Assembly: GCF_006345805.1 (NCBI RefSeq)
Contig: NW_021834157.1
Coordinates: forward strand, 1 to 51,136
Direction: 5' to 3'
DNA from: Octopus sinensis
Taxonomy: Eukaryota
DNA length: 51,136 nt
In this document: one piece after another, positions 23,318-34,392 of the stretch
Layout of the letters: every line of letters starts with the position of its first letter
How positions within the stretch are numbered: position 1 is the first letter of the stretch
Translations under genes and position numbers: made by a program
Notes under the pieces: generated by a model
What the model was told of the DNA's origin: nothing
The model's input: only the letters and a program-made list of their open reading frames with translations
Databases searched by the model: none

Positions 23318-23362
23318 TGCAACTGATGAAGCACTTGCTCGCTGAAATCCTGTGATCTAGCG
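23318..23362 (+). ncRNA. Candidate compact type I hammerhead ribozyme
   Basis: TGCAA-CTGATGA-AGC-ACTTGCTC-GCT-GAAA-TC-CTGT-GA-TC-TAGCG. All core nucleotides are present, the site is AUC, and stem I has one mismatch. Confidence 0.45.
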
Positions 23363-23765
23363 CTTCTACTACCCATGTTAGTCGATTCTTGTCTTCACTG
23401 GTGATCACTGGTGATCTGCAGCTAAATTCTGCTTTTAAATGACTTGCTTCGAGACTTGCATTCGGTACGATATGTTTATTTTGGTAGTTTTGACTTTAAC
23501 AGTCCCTCCTAGCGTGCGGCATTTATGTGTAATAATGCCCTCTATATAATATATGAATGTATATATATAATTAATACGGAAAAGACACCACAAAAACTGT
23601 TACTCAGTTTTACGTCGGACAAAACTGTCCGACGAACGGGAACGGAAACTCAGAGTAACAGTTTTTGTGACGTTTTTGCAGCTTTATTAATAAAGCATAT
23701 TACTCTACCAAATATTCAAATACTATTCTTTTCCACCTCGTTCCATATTTAAGCGTTTACTCTAG

Positions 23766-23797
<32 letters not shown>

Positions 23798-23800
23798 TAT

Positions 23801-23850
<50 letters not shown>

Positions 23851-23855
23851 TATAT

Positions 23856-23932
<77 letters not shown>

Positions 23933-23934
23933 CA

Positions 23935-24045
23935 TGGCCTGCTCGCTTAGCCAGCGGGGTGGCGTCATTCGAAGGCTAAAACAATGCGAGCGCATTGTGA
24001 CCAGCGATGTGTAACTACATCTGATGGACTGGTCGGTCACGTGAT

Positions 24046-24052
<7 letters not shown>
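23935..24052 (+). mobile_element. 5'-truncated SINE family 1
   Basis: GGCCTGCTCGCTTAGCCAGCGGGGTGGCGTC..GGTCGGTCACGTGATCACGTGA, with (TA)n on both sides. Confidence 0.85.
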
Positions 24053-24078
<26 letters not shown>

Positions 24079-24824
24079 CGACGCACTTTTAGTTTCCGCC
24101 TACCAAATCTAATTACAAGTTCTTTGATGGGCCCTGAGCTAGAGTTGAAGATACTTGCTCAAGGTGCCACACAAAATCCGGAACCATATGGCTTAGAAGC
24201 CAGCTTCGCACTCCAGAGATACTAAATATCACCATTAGGGCAAGTAAGTCCTGAAGCACTGGACAATCGTACCACAAACTTGTTTCATGCATGAACAATC
24301 ATAATCTTTCTCCATTTTTCTGTACACATTTGCCCATCTTATACACAAGCATTTTCCTGTATATCTGATAACGATAATCTCTTCCACGATTTAAAGTTTT
24401 ATCTTGTGATTCTTATTTCTTTAGTCCAAAATCTTTCGATATTTCAACCAATCAATTCACACTTCCTCTACTTTCCTTTTGCTACGCCCGTTTTAGCCAC
24501 TCCTGAGCTCGCTATTATATTCATTGTAACCGAACCTTTACAAGTCTTTCTATTTCCGCATAGAAACCCTTGCAACCAGGACCCCTTCTCTGCACGCTAC
24601 AGACATTATCAAATGTGAATGCCAATGCTCTCTGGCAACAGAGTTGTCGCAGGCATTGTCATTAGGAAAGTATTGTGTCGGGAAAGATAGCGTAGGGCTT
24701 GATGACAGCTGTTGCTCTAATAATATTTCTAATATTAGGGCTTTGAGCTGGTGTTTATTTAACGACTTCGGAGCTTATAGCTGATCTTCGTAGGACCTGA
24801 AAAAGCTAAGAACAAAATTGAAAA

Positions 24825-24965
24825 TAAATTATTTACATTATTTACACTATTTACATTTGACGGATATTTGTCCTCATTTTGTTTATTGTTAACACAACAT
24901 TTCGGCTGATATACCCTATAGCTTTCATCGGGTATCTTGGGGAAATTTCGAATCTGGGTTTTCGA
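24825..24965 (-). mobile_element. Penelope-like terminal fragment with degenerate hammerhead-like motif
   Basis: Minus: GATAC-CCGATGA-A-AGCT..AGCC-GAAAT-GTT-GTGTT..GAGGACAAATATCCGTCAAATGTAAAT. Related tail pieces occur at about 19490-19535 and 25560-25590. Confidence 0.6.
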
Positions 24966-25375
24966 TGTTATTATTATTATTCTATGTTTGACTTTTGCTT
25001 TACATTTGCACAAGCTGGCTCCAGTCTCACCAGAGACCCCAAGAGACAACAAGTTGGAAGTTCGTGTTGGTGTTATGCCTAGGGTGAACATATATTTGGT
25101 TTTGTACTTATTGTTGTACTAGTGAATGCCTAAAAAACCATACGAAAATTATGTTTGTTTTAAAACTTGAGATTACGTAGAAAGTATTTTGCATAGGATA
25201 TGACCAAGTCCCATGAGCACTCTCTTTTGAATTTCTGCCATTTTGGGGTTTCCTGGTATCTGAGTTAGGTAACAATCAGCCCCTTTTGCTATCATTCTCA
25301 GGGCACCTATGAAAACAGGTATTGTTTTAGTCTTCAGGTTCCACATTTTGCTGATTTCTATTTCCAGATCTTTAC

Positions 25376-25377
<2 letters not shown>
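24966..25377 (-). mobile_element. R4/Dong-like non-LTR 3' fragment between (TAA)n tracts
   Basis: SKDLEIEISKMWNLKTKTIPVFIGAL..EIQKRVLMGLGHILCKIL, typical of the C-terminus after an RLE domain. There is a short (TAA)n tail at 24966-24981 and a long (TAA)n at the 5' junction. Confidence 0.75.
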
Positions 25378-25422
<45 letters not shown>

Positions 25423-25502
25423 GAGGTCACTACCTGAAGATTCCGAGTTCGATTCCAGGCAGTGACCTGAATAATAACAACAACAACAACAACAACAACA
25501 AC

Positions 25503-25561
<59 letters not shown>

Positions 25562-25889
25562 TATCCGTCAAATGTAAATAATGTACCTAATTTATCTCCG
25601 AAAATATAGAACAGAAAAATTAATATCTTGATTCATTTTCACAAATAATTTTAGCGATTCTACCAAATTGCCACCTCTTTATCCATGCCTCCCTCCCTCA
25701 CTCTCTTCCTCCCTCCATCCCTCCCTCCATTGCTTCATACATTCCTCCATCTATCTATCCGTTTATCCTTCTTGAAATACATACACGCCTACATATGTAC
25801 ACACACTCACACACATACCCGTACGCACAAACACACACACACGCGCACACACACACACATGCGCTCATATATATATATATGAATGAGTG

Positions 25890-25934
<45 letters not shown>

Positions 25935-26329
25935 ATATATGTATATATACATACACTCGCGCAAGTGTATATATATATCAGTATGTGTAAGTGTGTGTGT
26001 GATTATGCATCCACATACCGATGTGTGTGTGCGTGTGCGCGCGCGTTTGTGTGTGAAATAAAGTCGTTCTTGGTATCAGTAATAGTACAGAACGCCACGG
26101 CTGGATTACAGGCCTACATGATCATGGTTAACTTTGAGCTAGATAACAATAGCGAAAACAACACCTAGCATTACTTCACGCGTCACTTTGAGACATCATG
26201 CTCTAATATAACCGCCTAATATTTACAAGGGGATCTCGATCCCCATCTTAAAAACCCCAAATACTCGTTATTTAACTTGAGAGAAACCCTAATAGAACTC
26301 ATTGCACTTAAAAGCACTCATAATTATAT

Positions 26330-26752
26330 CGTTAAAACACGAGAATCGCCTGCTACGGACGTCGGATTCACCAGATCACGGACTTTCACCCTGCTATGGG
26401 TTCATCAGTGACAGGCATCTAGCAGCGGCTTAACAGCCGAATCTCCCGTCAACGGTGTATAGAATGTCAGTGTCTATTCAGGCACGGGTTTTGCAACTAG
26501 CCAGTGGCCTTACTAAAAGCTAATTAATAGCGACGGAAGCAGTATAAATGTCAAGGGTAATCTTGATCTTCAGCTTGATGTGGAGGTTGTGTTAGAACAA
26601 AGAATACTCGAGAGACTCTTGCAAAATGACTCGTGGTACATAAAAACACACGTAATCAGAGACGAAAATCGACTGCTACGGCCGTCAGGACTACTGTATC
26701 CCGTGATTTCACCCTGCTATGGGTTCCTCAGTGACAGCTGTCATGCAGCGGT
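26330..26752 (-). repeat. Two diverged direct repeats, each with a hammerhead-like core
   Basis: Minus: CTGTCA-CTGA(T/G)GA-ACCC-ATAGCA-GGGT-GAAA..CGTAGCAG at about 26345-26415 and 26660-26738. Confidence 0.75.
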
Positions 26753-27789
26753 ATTACTTCAACTAGACGTAGTGATGGATTCGTTAGAGCGTCGGAGAGA
26801 GTAATTTTGTAGTATTCATTACGACTTACCGGGCTCAAATCGTGTTGAGGTCTGGTTTTTATTCAAGTCTTTCCGGTTTACTAATAAAATACAACCTACA
26901 ACGTGGAGCGCTTCCCTGTGTCTCTCGCCCCCTGACAACGGGATCGGTCTACACCGGGCAGAATTTTTAACAGACTACCGCGGACGGCACACACTGTATA
27001 GCTACACCTCTCTTTCTCTCTCCTTACCTGTCTTCCTGGAGTTTAACAGTACTTAAGGCATTCCCCTTCTCCACATTTTACCATGGTGATCAGCCTGAAA
27101 ATTGCGTTAAGGCCACAAAATATTCCACTAACAAAACATTCGTTGACGCCACATCGAAGAGGCCAGGGATCAGAAGAAAGAAGAAGAAAGAAGACATGCA
27201 CTCAACACCAGAGCCGAAGACACCTCCGAAAGGGGGTGCCCCGCCATGTCAAAACGGTAGAGGAGTAGGGGCCGAAATCGGACGTGGTTCCTCCTGATGA
27301 TGTCTTGAGCTAACTGGATCCTACAAAGGACTACGAAACACGGTTGTAATTCCTCTAGAGTGTTACCGCTCACACATTAATTCCACAACAAAGTATTCAT
27401 CGATCTAACAACTTATTGCTCATCGTCGAGACCGAACGAGGACCCATAATATATTTACCTGTAGCATATCACGGCTCAGTTGATTTTTCATTTCGAACAA
27501 TTCAACGTTATATTTTTGTTGGTATTTGTTTTTGTTTGTTTTTTATTTGTTTAAACTTTGTTTTGTGCTTAAATACATAAAAAGACATATTTTTTTATGT
27601 CGAGTACACTTGAATATACTCCCAAGTGTACTAAGAACACGACAGCACTATAAAGGCCCGAGTGTACTCTAAGACCGAAAGCTTTGTGTGGGAAATCGGG
27701 TGGTAGACGGAAACCATAGAGAAGGAAGATCGTCAAACTGCGCACTTTCTTGGGTAGCAGACATACTCTACCACCCAGTTTAACTCCCA

Positions 27790-28077
27790 CCACCACCACA
27801 CCACCACTACAACCGTTACTACCACCACTACCATCACCACCACCACCACCACCACCACCACCACCATCGTCACCACCTTCACCACGACCACCGCCGCCGC
27901 CACCACTACCACCACTACCACCACCACCATCGTCACCACCTTCACCACGACCACCGCCGCCGCTGCCGCCACCACCGCCACCACTACCACTACCACTACC
28001 ACTACCACCACCGACCGACACTGACAACCACCACAATCATCACCACCTTCGCCGCCACCACCACCGCCACGACGACG

Positions 28078-28108
<31 letters not shown>

Positions 28109-28113
28109 TAATC

Positions 28114-28145
<32 letters not shown>

Positions 28146-28370
28146 CATCATCTCATTACCACCACCACCATCATCATCATTAGCATCATCATCATCATCA
28201 TCATTATCATCACAATTACACCAAACCAGGGGACTGACCCGAATGCTTACAGCAAAATGAACTCCTTCCCTGAAAGCACAACCGGTAGTGGTGTTAGTTG
28301 TAGTTATGATGGTGGTGGTAGAGTGGTGGCGGTGGTGGTGATGGTGGTGGTGATAAACCAGTTGACGGAG
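27790..28370. repeat. (ACC)n/(CAT)n compound repeat with an internal duplication of about 45 bp
   Basis: ACCACCATCGTCACCACCTTCACCACGACCACCGCCGCCGC occurs twice. Confidence 0.9.
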
Positions 28371-28871
28371 TAAATCTACCATTCATGTAGGTCACAGTGA
28401 TATTTGAACGGAGAACGAAACGACCCGGAAGGAATAACACAACGGACCTCGTCCGCCGCTCCAAAAGCGCACGCCAACCCATCGGCGTAAACAGTATTTT
28501 ATCGAAACCCCAGAAAAATAAACGGCAAAGTTGGTTTGGACGTGATTTAAGCACAGAACGTAAAATCTGGTAAAGCATTTCTTCTGACTCAGCTAATTCG
28601 CTACCGACTGTGATCCAGAAAGGTATTCTAATAATAAAACCACTCTAATTATTGTATCACCTACTTAGGGGCCCATGGAAGTGGTTATAGGCATGGCCCT
28701 TCGTTCGTTAACTAAATCGTAAAAAGATACAGAAATTATACCTAAGTACAGTGAAACATTTTAAAAATTGGTTTGAAAAACCGGTTTGCTTCGAAGCTAA
28801 GTCTTTGGTTTCTCGCAGAGCCGTTCGTCAGATATATTACCTCTAATTTATTTAGATATTAATAATGCTTT

Positions 28872-29500
28872 GTACAATAGGCACAAGACCTGAAATTGTG
28901 AAGGATCGGTTACTTCGACTGGCCCCATGACTGGTACTTATTTTATCGACCCCGAAATGAGGAAATCCAGAGTCGACCCCGGTGGAATTTGAACTTAGAA
29001 CATTTCGTCCGGTATGCTAATGACTCTGCCAGGTCACTGCCTTTGATATCGTTATAAGAAACCTTTCTACTAAAGGCACAAAGCCTGAAAATTGGTGGGT
29101 AGGTGGGAGGGGGTGTAGTCGATTACATCGACCCCAGTATTTCACTGGTACTTAATTTATCGACTCCGAAAGGATGAAAGGTAAAGTCGACCTCAGCGGA
29201 ATTTGGTCTTAGAACGTAAAGACGGATGAAACGCCGCTAAGTATTTCGTCCGGCATGCAAACGATTCTGCCAGGTCACTGCCTTTGATATCGCTATAATA
29301 ATCCTTTCTATTAAAGGCACAAGGTCTGAAATGTTTTGTGGGGAGGGGTGTAGTCGATTACATCGAGCCCAGTGTTTCATTGGTACTTAATTTATCGACC
29401 CCGAAAGGATGAAAGACAAAGTCTCCCTGAATGTAAAGGCGGATGAAATGCCGCAAAGCATTTCGACCGGCACGCTCACGATTCTGTTTTCATGTCGCCT
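28872..29500 (-). mobile_element. Three tandem SINE family 2 copies (tail B)
   Basis: ACTGGTACTTA..TTTATCGAC.CCGAAA..GTCGACC is repeated three times, and the linker GCCAGGTCACTGCCTTTGATATCG.TATAA occurs twice. Confidence 0.85.
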
Positions 29501-29518
29501 TTCTTTAGGTGTTAATAA

Positions 29519-30504
29519 TCTCTATAAATATAAAACTGAGAATGTGTGTCTGTTTGTCTGTCTGTGTGTTTCCCTAAAACTTGAGAACTACACAACCAAT
29601 TTCATTCAAATTTTACACATGCCTTACTTAGGGTCCATCTAGTTCAACTTCTTGCCTAGGGCGAGCCCATAGCAATATCATATCTTCTCCACTATTTCAG
29701 TATTACGTGTTAAAAGTGAAACAAAAACATTTCTCTATTTTATGTCAGATACTTTCACTTTAACAATTAAAATTAGAGATAATAATAACAATTGAATTAT
29801 ATGTAGTAAGTAATAATTAAAATCAAACTAAAGTATTATATAATAATTAAATCGTAACACAACAAAAGTAAAAATAGCAATTGGTATAAAATTGCATCAA
29901 TGACTTGAACTTGAATAAGTGGTTTCACATGAATGGGAATAAATAAAAAATAAAATTAGCGTGCAGAAATGGAATAGTCCAGATGGATAATAAAAAATTA
30001 AATTAAAATATACAATGTAGAGAATAAAGAAGATTTGAACACATGGAGGAAAGCACCTTCGAAAAGTGTCTTGGTGCGACTTTGAAAGGTAAATTCGCCA
30101 CAATAGAAGCAAGGTTCGAGTCAACGGAGCGTGCAGGGGAGTACTCGACTCGAACTTGCAAAGTGAAAATATTTTACTTTTACCTTTATATCTGGGACGT
30201 AGGACGTCCCGGAAAAAAATTTAAAATGCACCCCCGCCAAAAAAAAAAGTAGAGGTAGGCTGGATTGTAGCCACACTTCTATACAAGAGGGAAGACAAGA
30301 TACAATTGATCGAAATTACAAGAGACTGGCCTACAATTCCAGTCTGTTATATATTTTGAGTATTGTCATCACTAGCGATATCAAGATATAACTTTGTATT
30401 TTGTATTTTATGTGTAGATGTATATATATAGATGTACATGTAATATGTACACATATGTACATGCACTATCAGTATGACCCGGCAACGACGGGTCATAATG
30501 CAAG
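29519..30504 (+). mobile_element. Non-autonomous Helitron, copy 3, both ends present, carrying a LINE ORF1 fragment
   Basis: 5' A|TC at 29519; 3' hairpin TATGACCCG-GCAACGA-CGGGTCATA at 30473-30497 followed by CAAG|T (inferred to be a CTAG variant). It sits at an A/T site with no TSD. Confidence 0.8.
29995..30320 (+). pseudogene. Tx1-type LINE ORF1 internal fragment inside the Helitron
   Basis: EKCL..GKFATIEARFESTERAGEYS and, after a frameshift, LLLPLYLGRRTSRKKI*NAPP..VEVGWIVA align to unit-1 ORF1 EKCL..KRFGTVEVRFKTEEESRKYS..VLLPIYMGRRTSKIKINNIPPEVDATCLVA. Confidence 0.8.
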
Positions 30505-31389
30505 TAATATTTAAAAATGACTAGAAAATGTATTTTTGTTTTGGGATCTTTATTTTTTTAAATTTTCTATAATTGGTAACAAAATAGTTCCTTGATGTAT
30601 CTGTGTGATAAAAAGCCTGCCCCTTAACCAAATGATTCCAAGCTCATTGGCACCTTGGGAAAACGTTTTCTAATATAGCCTCGGACCGCCATAAAACCCG
30701 ACGAGCGCGCTTTGCAGGTCTGTATTCTGTGTCACAGCCAGGAACTCACAAGGACTATCAGTGCAAAAATTTTCGCCATTACTCACACAGCCCCCAAAGT
30801 CCCCACCCACACGGCCCTCCCACGCCCACAGCGTCCACCCCACACTCTCTAGCCCACAGCCCCACCCCACTTCAACCCACTAACGCCAACATCACTACCA
30901 ATAACAACAATGCAAACAGTACCAATACTACCATCAATAATACCAGACGTTGGCTTCAGAACCAAAGGATCTCGAGTTCGAGGTCGTTTCGTGGCACAGG
31001 CGAATTCTGAGTGAATTTCACTTGAATGAAATGTGTATAGAAACTGGTCGGATGACTTATTGCGCTCTGTCAGACCGAATCTGTTTGAGAATTACCTTTT
31101 GGGTTCATAGGTCTGTGTGATGGTCTGCTACTTCCAACAATGATTCGAATTATTCCAGAAGTGACAAAGAATTCTTTGTCACTTCCGTTGCTTGAACAAC
31201 GGAACGCTTATACGAACATGAGAGACCATCGAGAGTTGGAATCGACCAGAAATGCCATCACTATCATCATTAGGTGTATATCATCATCATCATCAGCATC
31301 ACCACCACCGCCACCATCATCATCATCAACACCACCCCCACCACCAGCACAACCATCATCATCACTACCACCACCATCATCATCATCGT

Positions 31390-31828
31390 CGTCGTCGTCG
31401 TTGTCGTTTAACATCCGTTTTCCATACTGGCATGGGTTAGACGGGTTGACTGGGACTGCTTTGCCGTTCCTGGCTCCTGTCTGATCTGGCAGTGTTTCTA
31501 CAGCTGGCTGCCCTTCCTAATGCCAGCCGCTCCGAGAGTGTTGTGGGTGGTTTTTACGTGCAACCGGCACGGGAGCCGATTTGGCGGACCTGGCATCGAT
31601 CACATTCGGATAGTGCTTTTTAAGCCCCACCGGCACGGGGAGCCAGTCAGACGACAGTGGCATCGGTGACGTTCGGATGGTGCTTTTTATGTGCTACTGG
31701 CACAGGAGCCAGTCGGGGCGAGGGGAGGGGGCTAGTATCGACCACGCTCAGATGGTGCCTTTTACGGCACTGGCAATGACCTACGTATAAATTGGGCTTA
31801 TTGCATGCCACCAGCACGAGAGCCAGTC
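31390..31828 (-). mobile_element. Retroposon 3' end with (GAT)n tail and an internal tandem repeat of about 66 bp
   Basis: Minus ends CCCATGCCAGTATGGAAAACGGATGTTAAAC + (GAC/GAT)n. The plus-strand unit GTGCTTTT..GCCAC(C/T)GGCACGGGAGCCAGT recurs 4-5 times. Confidence 0.65.
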
Positions 31829-31843
31829 TTATTTATTATTCTT

Positions 31844-32200
31844 AAAGCAGAATGTTATTCATAGTGACTTCGAAGTATCGGCCAGTGACATCATCGTCGG
31901 ACTGTCATGCATTGAAATTACTCTTGGCTTTATATAGTCTCTGTTGGGTTAAAATCTTCCATTGTTATGTGGGTTTGGGTGGGCTGTTAATTAAGTTTTA
32001 GGGTGGATTGTTATGGAGGGGTGTTTTGGAGAAATTTTTATTAAGTTTGCATTTATATTATTGTTTAGAATCCACACACCGAAGGAAGATTTTGACTCAA
32101 AAGAGGCTATATAGAGCCAAGATTAACTGCAGTGCATCGCAATCTGACCATGGCTTAACTGGCCGACACTTCGAAGTCACTGTCAATAGTATTCTTGTTT
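31844..32200. mobile_element. MITE-like element
   Basis: 24-bp inverted repeat with 1 mismatch (AGTGACTTCGAAGT(A/G)TCGGCCAGT) at 31863-31886 and 32158-32181, extending outward with mismatches. No ORF. Confidence 0.75.
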
Positions 32201-33067
32201 AATAATAATAAGTTTGTACTCTACCAAAGTATAGACTCACCCATCAGATTACTGTAAAGTTGTTTTCATAATAATTGAATATAGAAATAAATATTAATAT
32301 ATGTATGATAGATAACACACAAGCACACACAAACATACACACACACACAGACACACAGACACACAGACACACACACATTGAATAGACGGACTGTTGTATA
32401 CACATACATAAAAGCTGTATCTTGATTTCGAGCTATGGCATGGTTTAATTTTTGTCTTAAACAAGAACAATACGAATGAAGCTTTTCAGTCCTGCTAAGT
32501 AACTTCGACTCTTTTGTAGAGAGGTGGCAATGATGGGCGCCTCTCGTAGTAGGTGATGTAATATTTATTTTTTGTTTTAACACATTCGTATACGTTTTAA
32601 TCTGCTTCCTGACGAATATTCTATTCCAACAAACCCTACTGTAATTGCATTATTAACAAATACTGTTTGTGTGAGATTATGTGTGTGTATGTACGTGTGT
32701 GTTTATGTGGGTGTGTTTCCTTTGAAGAATTGTAAGGCCTGTCTTATTTAGACAGACACACACACACATTCGTTACATGTTAAATTGCGATGTGTGCCAA
32801 CATACTCTGACAAGTTCGCATCTAGAATCTTACTAACATTTCACTTGAGCTCTTTGTACACGGCAAAATTTTGTTCGAATTTCCTCCCCAAATCCTGCAT
32901 TGTTTTCCTCTGAAATGAACAATCTAGAGCGACGGTTCTCATACATTTTCCAAGATTCTGCCCTTCCCCGGCGCAGTTTTGATGCAATATTTATAACTTC
33001 AGTTTGTGCACTAGTCTTTTACAGCGGGTTAACTCACCGTAAAGAAATATGAACACACACACTCATT

Positions 33068-33243
33068 CTTTTTCTTGCTTCAGTCATTTGACTGCAACCA
33101 TGCTGGAGCACCGTCTTAAAGGATTTTAGCCGAAGAAATGGACCCCAGGACTTATTCTTTGTAAGCCTAGTACTTAATCTAACAGTTTCATTTGCCGAAC
33201 CGCTAAGTTATGGGGACATAAACACACCAGCATTGGTTGACAA
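33068..33243 (-). mobile_element. SINE family 3, 3' half
   Basis: CAGTCATTTGACTGCAACCATGCTGGAGCACCG..TTCTTTGTAAGCCTAGTACTTA..GCCGAACCGCTAAGTTA. Confidence 0.8.
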
Positions 33244-33307
33244 CGAAAATTGTCACACATGCAAATAAATATCAACGTATATAAAGAATGGAAAGGGTTA
33301 ATAAGGT

Positions 33308-33682
33308 CTACATATGTTTCGAAGCTAAACTTTATGTCTTACATATCTGGCAATATATACAAAACAGTTGAATAATTACTTGTTTATTTCGTCGCCGCTC
33401 TTTTTCATTTCTACAAGTTGTATACGCTTGATGCTAACTAACTTCCTGTACCAGTATCTATTCGCATCGCACTACCCAATAACTATTTAACTCTTGCACT
33501 TGTGTAGGCTAACGCTATAGAAGATTTCGGAATGAAGAAATTATGGTTTAATTATCGTTCAAGGATATTCATTTACCAGGTATAAAGGTTCACCCTTCTT
33601 GCAACGATGTGATTTGTTAAATAGTTCCGACATATGTTACAAGTTATGTAAGACATAAATTTTAGCTTTGAAACATATGTAG
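33308..33682. mobile_element. MITE-like or fold-back element
   Basis: 38-bp inverted repeat with a few mismatches (CTACATATGTTTC.AAGCTAAA.TTTATGTCTTACATA) at 33308-33345 and 33645-33682. Confidence 0.65.
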
Positions 33683-33851
33683 TCGCTATTTAGTTCTTCG
33701 TTTCTAACATTCAATCATTTATCTCATATATATATATTAATAAAAACAGTAAGATAACAAAAGAAAGAAAGAGACCTCAATATTATTATCTTGGCTTCCG
33801 AATAATTGTCACATATTATATTTACAGATATATATATATATATATATATAT

Positions 33852-33886
<35 letters not shown>

Positions 33887-33893
<7 letters not shown>

Positions 33894-34182
33894 ACCGACC
33901 AGACCATCAGATGTTGCTACACATCGCTGGTCACAATGCGTTCTCATTGTTTTAGCCTTCGATTGACGCCAACCCGCTGGCTAAGCGAGCAGGCCAACAG
34001 ACGAAAGAGTGAGAGAAAAAGTGAGGAAAGAGTACAGCAGGGATCGCCACCACCCTCTGCCGGAGCCTCGTGGAGCTTTAGGTGTTTTCGCTCAATAAAC
34101 ACACACAACGCCCGTTCTGGGAATCGAAACCGCGATCCTACGACCGCGAGTCCGCTGCCCTAACCATGGGCCATTGCGCATC

Positions 34183-34184
<2 letters not shown>
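33887..34184 (-). mobile_element. SINE family 1, full length
   Basis: Near-identical to 35-345, with a single TCACGTGA at the tail, and embedded in (TA)n/(CA)n. Confidence 0.9.
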
Positions 34185-34239
<55 letters not shown>

Positions 34240-34290
34240 ATACACATGATATATATGTGTATATATTTATTCATTTATACAAATACATAC

Positions 34291-34321
<31 letters not shown>

Positions 34322-34392
34322 CATACATACATACATACATACATACATACATACATACATACATACATACTACATACATACATACATATATA

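Noticed and set aside
27296-27352. CTGATGA..GAAAC spaced like a hammerhead
   Set aside because: Stem II and stem I do not pair convincingly.
27750-28373. 207-aa poly-Pro/poly-His ORF resembling a transcription-factor low-complexity region
   Set aside because: It is made entirely of (ACC)n/(CAT)n repeats, with no folded domain or splice support.
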